NCBI GenBank assembly: GCA_050011775.1
Contig: JBEKIL010000003.1
Coordinates: forward strand, 230,853 to 294,852
Direction of reading: 5' to 3'
DNA: 64,000 nt
DNA from: Bacteroidota bacterium
Lineage (GTDB): Bacteria; Bacteroidota; Ignavibacteria; UBA10030; CAVZMI01
Both the position numbers and the translations under genes were made by a program. The notes under the pieces are model-generated. The model made no database searches and had not been told where the DNA came from. It worked only from the letters and a program-made list of their open reading frames with translations. Shown here piece after piece: positions 58,283-64,000 of this stretch. Position 1 is the stretch's first letter. Every line of letters begins with the position of its first letter.

Positions 58283-59236
58283 TTGAACGCTATGGATATA
58301 GCCATTCTCATCCCATGCTACCAGGAAGAACTCACAATCGGCAAAGTCGTTGCGGATTTCCGTCGCGAACTGCCGAAAGCGAAGATTTACGTCTACGATA
58401 ATAATTCCACGGATGCGACATATGCGAAAGCACGGAAAGCCGGTGCCATCGTATGCCGTGAGAAGAAACAGGGGAAGGGGTATGTGGTTGCCTCGATGTT
58501 CGAGAATATTGATGCAGACATCTATGTTCTGGTCGACGGCGACGACACCTACGATGCTCAATCTGTTCATCAGCTGATTGCGCCGTTGAAAAACGAAGAG
58601 GCAGATATGGTGGTCGCAAATCGGCTGGGAAATCATCGGGGTAGTGGTTTCAGAAAGTTCCATGTGTTCGGAAACCGGCTGGTCTGTTTTTTTATCAATA
58701 TGATATTCCGCTCATCTATAAAGGATCTTTTTTCGGGATACCGTGCGATGACGAAAGAATTGGTGAAAACGATCCCGGTGATAGCATTCGGTTTCGATAT
58801 TGAAACGGAGTTGACGCTGCAAACACTCTATCGCAGATTCGTCATCAAAGAAATTGATGTGCCGTACGGTGAGCGTCCGTCCGGCAGCGAATCAAAATTA
58901 AGAACGGTGCGTGATGGCATCCGGGTTCTCGTGAGGGCGTTCTTCATTTTCACATCATACAAGCCGTTGACGTTTTTCGGTAGTATCGGTATCATACTCT
59001 GTATTCTGGGATTACTGGCTGGATATCAGCCGGTGATGGAATACATCAGGTATCACTATGTCTTCAGTGTTCCCCGTGCCGTTCTTGCCACTGCGTTCAT
59101 GATCTTATCATCAGGCGCCGTTGCGTTGGGACTTTTGCTTCACAGCGTCAATTTTCGGCTTTTGGAAATCGAAAAAGCGCTGATAAAACGCACACTGAAT
59201 TCAAGCAAAAGCCGGTCAAAGCGATCCGGGAATTAA
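58283..59236 (+). CDS. GT2 polyprenyl-phosphate sugar synthase (DPM1/GtrB-like) with C-terminal TM helices
   Basis: 'IAILIPCYQEELTIGKVVADFRRELPKAKIYVYDNNSTDAT', 'YVLVDGDDTYD'; two C-terminal hydrophobic helices. Confidence 0.8.
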   Translation: MNAMDIAILIPCYQEELTIGKVVADFRRELPKAKIYVYDNNSTDATYAKARKAGAIVCREKKQGKGYVVASMFENIDADIYVLVDGDDTYDAQSVHQLIAPLKNEEADMVVANRLGNHRGSGFRKFHVFGNRLVCFFINMIFRSSIKDLFSGYRAMTKELVKTIPVIAFGFDIETELTLQTLYRRFVIKEIDVPYGERPSGSESKLRTVRDGIRVLVRAFFIFTSYKPLTFFGSIGIILCILGLLAGYQPVMEYIRYHYVFSVPRAVLATAFMILSSGAVALGLLLHSVNFRLLEIEKALIKRTLNSSKSRSKRSGN

Positions 59237-59450
59237 AAATGAATTTCGGAACGATAATCGTTCTCATTACGTCATCTTTATGAGTCGTTACTTCATTACC
59301 GTCGTTATGCTATTTGATATACAAAACACAAGAATACTCTTCGCTTCGAATAAGTTCGGTAAAAAGCGATGATAAGTAAAAAGAGAGATATTCCCTCTAT
59401 CGGGCCATCGGACACATTTTACTTTTTTTAAAACAAAATTAAAATTACAA

Positions 59451-60368
59451 ATGATCAGCATCGTCACTCCGTCATCCAACAGCGGGAAATATATTCAACA
59501 GGCGATCCGAAGCGTTCTTGAACAGGAAGGAATTAAGTTAGACTATATTATTGTCGACGATGGTTCCACAGATGAAACTCTCGATATTATACGCTCATTC
59601 GGAAATAGACTGCGCTACATCTCGGAACCAGATCGGGGACAGTCGGAAGCCATCAACAGGGGCATCAGGATGTCGTACGGAGATATTATCGGATGGCTTA
59701 ATGCAGACGATTACTATCACCCCGGAACGCTTCGATTTATTAATGATTATTTTGCGAAGAATCCGGAAGTGATGCTTTTATATGGCGACGGTACGTTGGT
59801 GAAAGAAGATGGAACGGTTATGAAACCATTTCCGACAGAGGAGTACTCCCTTGAGAGATTAGCGTATCGGTGCATTATATGTCAGCCGGCGGCGTTTTGG
59901 CGGCGGTCGCTATGGGAAAAAGTCGGACCATTGGATATCTCGCTTCATTATGCTATGGATCTCGATTTCTGGATCCGTGCAGGTAAAGCTCTTAAACGGC
60001 ATCCGGAGTGGCGGTTCGTTTATATTCCAAAAGTCTTTGCATATTCTCGAATGCATCGGCACACAAAAACAATGACCCAGCATCGGGAAGTTTTGCACGA
60101 AGTTGTCAGCGTAATGAAAAAGCATTTTGGCTATGTGTCTTTTCCCTGGGTATATGGAATCGAAGAGGTTCGCGATCCGCGATACGACGGGATCATCAAA
60201 AAAAGTCCGGTTTCCTTCTCTTTGATCGCAAGGAGCCTTATGAAATGGATATGGCAGAACAGGATGCGGCCCGATCACATTATTCGCTTTATCGGCATGG
60301 TCCTATTTTCGCCCCGAAAGAGCTGGCAGAAAATGAAGGAGAGAACGGGAGATGAAGAGATAGGTTAA
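59451..60368 (+). CDS. glycosyltransferase family 2
   Basis: 'MISIVTPSSNSGKYIQQAIRSVLEQEGIKLDYIIVDDGSTDETLDIIRSF', 'GWLNADDYY'. Confidence 0.8.
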   Translation: MISIVTPSSNSGKYIQQAIRSVLEQEGIKLDYIIVDDGSTDETLDIIRSFGNRLRYISEPDRGQSEAINRGIRMSYGDIIGWLNADDYYHPGTLRFINDYFAKNPEVMLLYGDGTLVKEDGTVMKPFPTEEYSLERLAYRCIICQPAAFWRRSLWEKVGPLDISLHYAMDLDFWIRAGKALKRHPEWRFVYIPKVFAYSRMHRHTKTMTQHREVLHEVVSVMKKHFGYVSFPWVYGIEEVRDPRYDGIIKKSPVSFSLIARSLMKWIWQNRMRPDHIIRFIGMVLFSPRKSWQKMKERTGDEEIG

Positions 60369-60382
60369 GGTAGAGGTAGAGG
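60362..60382. repeat. purine-rich intergenic motif copy (AGGTTAAGGTAGAGGTAGAGG)
   Basis: Same 9-mer AGGTAGAGG twice in tandem, about 40 kb from the other copies. Confidence 0.5.
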
Positions 60383-60500
60383 ATGAGATCAAGATTGAGA
60401 TTTTTTAGAGATGGTTGTACATAAGCAGCCGTACAGATATTATATAGATCTTTTATCGTTGCTCTGTCAATACATTTGTTCTGTTTGGAAATAATCAAAG

Positions 60501-63116
60501 TTGCGCGTCGGATTCCTACGACCGAATTTCATCATAGAAGACATTATGATTTTATTGAAAGAAGCCTTACGGGTATTAATTGAAGAAGGAATCGGCAGTT
60601 TTTACAGGAAGTCGGTACGCTACGGAAAGCTGAAATTCCATGGAATACTCTTTAAGCTTAAAATGCTTGCGAGAAAACGAAAAGCCGTGATATTCCCGTA
60701 TGACGCAATGATGATGCCCGAAGTTAACGAGGGAAAAAATATAGCTTTTACTATCGGAACAAAAAATCATCTGCATCGTTCATTGACACTCCGGGACTCG
60801 TTCCTGAAGCATAATCCCGATTGGAAATTTGTAATCTTTATATCAGACATGCTGCAGAGCAACGATGAAATGATATATTGCAAAAACCTGATCGAGAAAG
60901 GTGTTGACATTATTTTTGTTCATGCACTCAAAAACAGGATACGTATCGACACACTGGAAGAAATGTTTTTTAAATATACCGTATTTGAGATGAGTACGTC
61001 CTTAAAACCATTCCTGCTGGAATATTTTTTGCAGCAGGGTTGCGAAAGGGTAATATATTTCGATTCCGATATCTACTGCCTCAATTCCATCGAGCAGGTT
61101 ACGGCTCTTTTAGACAATTACGATATTATCCTGACACCTCATATACTGAAGCCGTATGACGATGACAGGAATCCGGACGAGATAAAAATTCTCCTTTCGG
61201 GTTCATTTAATCTCGGGTTCATAGCCGTAAGGAATTCCGGCGAGACACTGCAATTCTGCCGTTGGTGGCAGCAGCGTCTTTTTAAGCATTGTTTTATGGA
61301 TGTGCATAATGGAATCCATGCCGATCAAAAATGGATCGATCTGATTCCCTCATTTTTCAATAATTATTATATCTTAAAAAATCCGGGATATAACGTCGCT
61401 TATTGGAATCTTCATGAGAGAAAAATCCGCCAGGAAAGAGGAACCTGGTATGTCAATGACGAAAAATTGGTTTTATTCCATTTTAGCGGATTAGATATCA
61501 ACGATCCGTTTGCGATTTCGATACATCAAAATCGGTATACGCTTTATGATGTGCCGTCGTTGGATCCGCTGTTTGAGGAATACAGGGAGGAGATTTTCAA
61601 ACACGGTTATGATATTGATAGGAATTGGAAATACTATTTCGACTATTTACCGACGACGACGATACGAATTCCGGATTCTGTCCGGCGCTTATTCTATAAG
61701 GAAGTACTACAGGAAACGAAAAATCCGTATACCCCTGATGCTGAAATTCTAAATAAAACGATAAATTCACTGACACGTGAGGTCGAAAGCGGGAGCGGTA
61801 TTAATCGGATCGCCTATTCTCTCTGGAACACGAGGAATGATCTCCGCCAAACCTATCCGAATCTCAGCGATAGAAATGAGCAACAACGTTTCAGAGATTG
61901 GTATCTCGGCTCGGCGTATCGCGAAAATCATATCGATAAAATATTTATTCGGGAGGACCCGGATGTAAAAGAAATTGCACCACCTAATAATGGAATGCCT
62001 GGGATTAACATCATAGGATATTTCCCCTACGATTTTGGGAATGCCATAACAACGCGAATATTCGTCAAGAAGGTGTATGAAACCGGGATACCATTCACAC
62101 TATTTCCGTTGCAGACGGGTGAACATGCGTTGATAAATCCGGAAGAACAGGCTGAATTTAAGATGTATTATGCACAACAACCGCTCTTCAAAAAAAATAT
62201 TTTTTTTGTGAATGCGGATATCATAAAGTTTGTCAGGAGAAATTATCCGGCGCTATTCAAAGGAAAGCAGAACTCGGCTGTGTGGTGGTGGGAGTTTGAG
62301 AATGATTTTCCGTTTTCCGATTCCTTTCAGTATATCGACGAGGTGATCGTTTTTTCAGATTTTGTATACTCTGCGATCGCCAAATACGCGCCTCCGCATG
62401 TGAGCGTGAATAAGATGCGATATCCTTTTATTCAGGACTGGAAGATAGTGACGTCACCGCACAGGGTGCGAGAGGCGTTGGGGTTTTCCGACGATAATTT
62501 TATTTTTATTTTTAATTTTGATTTTTTGAGTTCGTATGAGCGTAAAAACCCGGAAGCAGTTGTACGTGCATTCGCTCAGGCATGCCGGGAACGGAAGGAA
62601 GCCCGCCTGATAATCAAGACGTTGCACGGGTATGCGTTTCCGGAAAGATATGCTCAATTAAAAAAATGCATAGCCAATTCCACAATATCTAATCAGATTG
62701 TTCTGATTGAAGATATATTCCCCCGGAACGAGTTTATGAATTTGATGAACGCGGTTGATTGTTATGTTTCATTGCATCGCTCCGAGGGTTTCGGGCTCGG
62801 TATGTTCGAGGCGATGGTTATGGGGAAGCCCGTGATCGCGACAGCCTATGGCGGAAATTGCGAATATATGCACGACACCCATTCGCTGCTTGTAGATTAT
62901 GAATTGACCACATCGAAGGATACACTTTTTGATGTTTATCAAAAGGGATGGGTGTGGGCCGAGCCAAAGATTTCACCTGCTGTTGAATATATGCACGAGC
63001 TGTGCGTTAATCCCTCACGGGCGCGGGAGATTGGAAAACGCGGGAAGGTGTTTGCGGATGCGTTTTGCAGCAGCGCCACATTTTCAAACGATTTCTACAA
63101 TTATGTAGGACGATGA
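60501..63116 (+). CDS. bifunctional glycosyltransferase: N-terminal GT-A-like (DxD 'YFDSDIY') domain plus C-terminal GT4 domain
   Basis: N-terminal 'VIYFDSDIYCLNSI', 'GSFNLGFIAV'. C-terminal 'VSLHRSEGFGLGMFEAMVMGKPVIATAYGGNCEYM'. True start may be ATG ~60546. Confidence 0.65.
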   Translation: MRVGFLRPNFIIEDIMILLKEALRVLIEEGIGSFYRKSVRYGKLKFHGILFKLKMLARKRKAVIFPYDAMMMPEVNEGKNIAFTIGTKNHLHRSLTLRDSFLKHNPDWKFVIFISDMLQSNDEMIYCKNLIEKGVDIIFVHALKNRIRIDTLEEMFFKYTVFEMSTSLKPFLLEYFLQQGCERVIYFDSDIYCLNSIEQVTALLDNYDIILTPHILKPYDDDRNPDEIKILLSGSFNLGFIAVRNSGETLQFCRWWQQRLFKHCFMDVHNGIHADQKWIDLIPSFFNNYYILKNPGYNVAYWNLHERKIRQERGTWYVNDEKLVLFHFSGLDINDPFAISIHQNRYTLYDVPSLDPLFEEYREEIFKHGYDIDRNWKYYFDYLPTTTIRIPDSVRRLFYKEVLQETKNPYTPDAEILNKTINSLTREVESGSGINRIAYSLWNTRNDLRQTYPNLSDRNEQQRFRDWYLGSAYRENHIDKIFIREDPDVKEIAPPNNGMPGINIIGYFPYDFGNAITTRIFVKKVYETGIPFTLFPLQTGEHALINPEEQAEFKMYYAQQPLFKKNIFFVNADIIKFVRRNYPALFKGKQNSAVWWWEFENDFPFSDSFQYIDEVIVFSDFVYSAIAKYAPPHVSVNKMRYPFIQDWKIVTSPHRVREALGFSDDNFIFIFNFDFLSSYERKNPEAVVRAFAQACRERKEARLIIKTLHGYAFPERYAQLKKCIANSTISNQIVLIEDIFPRNEFMNLMNAVDCYVSLHRSEGFGLGMFEAMVMGKPVIATAYGGNCEYMHDTHSLLVDYELTTSKDTLFDVYQKGWVWAEPKISPAVEYMHELCVNPSRAREIGKRGKVFADAFCSSATFSNDFYNYVGR

Positions 63117-63303
63117 ACCGGTGCAATTTCAATGAAGGATTTTCAAAATTGATAAATTATCCGAATATCGAACTGATAGGGGCAAGTCCGCATGAATTGT
63201 TTAATTTTTTTTTAAGCAGACGATATTGGGTGCCATATCATCGAGAGACTGTTATTTCTATTAATTCACATTCGAGATCATATTATCATCTTTTAGAATA
63301 TCT

Positions 63304-64000
63304 ATGAAATCCGAACTCCGCTCTAAAATCGAAAACAAACAAGCTGTTGTTGGCGTTGTCGGACTTGGCTACGTCGGACTGCCGCTCTTGCTCTGCTTCG
63401 TCGAAAAAGGCTTCCATACCATTGGCCTCGATATCGATTACCGAAAAACCGAAGCGCTGATGAAGGGCGATTCATATATCAAACACATTCCCGCATGGAG
63501 AATTCACAATGCGGTGAAGTCAGGTTTATTTCAAGCGACGACAGATTTTTCTACGGCATCATCATGTGACGCGATCCTCATTGCCGTACCGACGCCGTTG
63601 AACAAAAACCGCGAGCCGGATATGACGTATATAACCTCGACATGCGAATCGCTTGTTCCATATATCCATCGGAATCAGGTGATCGTCCTTGAATCCACAA
63701 CATATCCCGGAACTACGGTCGAGGTTGTGATCCCCATCCTTGAAAAAAGCGGATTGAAAGTCGATAAGGATTTCTATGTATCATTTTCTCCGGAGCGGGA
63801 AGACCCTAACCGATCAGATTACTCCACGGAGACGATTCCGAAAGTGGTCGGTTCGACATCGGCCGACGGCTTGGAGATGACCGACTTATTATATCGACAG
63901 ATCGTTGTACGAACGGTCCTCGTCTCTTCAACGCAAATTGCGGAAGCCACTAAGCTTATGGAAAATATTTTCAGATCAGTGAATATTGCCCTCGTGAATG
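63304..64000 (+). CDS. nucleotide-sugar dehydrogenase (UDP-glucose/GDP-mannose dehydrogenase family; UDP-N-acetylhexosamine 6-dehydrogenase-like), 3' end outside window
   Basis: 'VVGLGYVGLPLLLCF' NAD-binding fingerprint, 'VILESTTYPGTTVEV' family motif; no stop before the window end. Confidence 0.8.
   Translation, partial: MKSELRSKIENKQAVVGVVGLGYVGLPLLLCFVEKGFHTIGLDIDYRKTEALMKGDSYIKHIPAWRIHNAVKSGLFQATTDFSTASSCDAILIAVPTPLNKNREPDMTYITSTCESLVPYIHRNQVIVLESTTYPGTTVEVVIPILEKSGLKVDKDFYVSFSPEREDPNRSDYSTETIPKVVGSTSADGLEMTDLLYRQIVVRTVLVSSTQIAEATKLMENIFRSVNIALVN

Overview
This 64-kb window is one continuous glycan-assembly locus. Every supported gene is on the + strand; I found no rRNA, tRNA or CRISPR array. 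Contents from the sequence: about 20 glycosyltransferase domains (GT2, GT4 and GT-C-like membrane enzymes, several of them bifunctional fusions); two Wzm/Wzt ABC exporter pairs, the second with a Wzt C-terminal carbohydrate-binding domain; a dedicated PAPS-synthesis cassette (cysC, cysD, cysN) bracketed by two paralogous four-helix-bundle genes; four sulfotransferase domains; nine SAM-dependent methyltransferases; an aminosugar sub-pathway (DegT/WecE-like aminotransferase, PglD-like N-acetyltransferase, ArnC/GtrB-like GT2, an unexpected BKACE-family enzyme); several GtrB/DPM1-like GT2 and GT-C membrane pairs; an OatA-like acyltransferase; and nadE embedded as a housekeeping gene. The most novel candidate is a 1050-aa protein directly after the second wzm/wzt pair that fuses a sulfotransferase domain, tandem coiled-coil repeats and a GT2 domain. 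By analogy with WbdD and WbbB it could be a chain-length ruler and terminator that uses sulfate as the capping signal. Other notable items: three paralogous ~910-930-aa membrane proteins of unassigned family; a rearrangement scar holding a wzt fragment, a truncated IS200/RAYT-like transposase and REP-like nested hairpins; gmd and GT2 gene remnants; a recurring AGGTAGAGG/CCTCTACCT intergenic motif; and a compensatory-paired hairpin repeat upstream of nadE. All family assignments come from recognisable motifs read by eye; no database search was possible.
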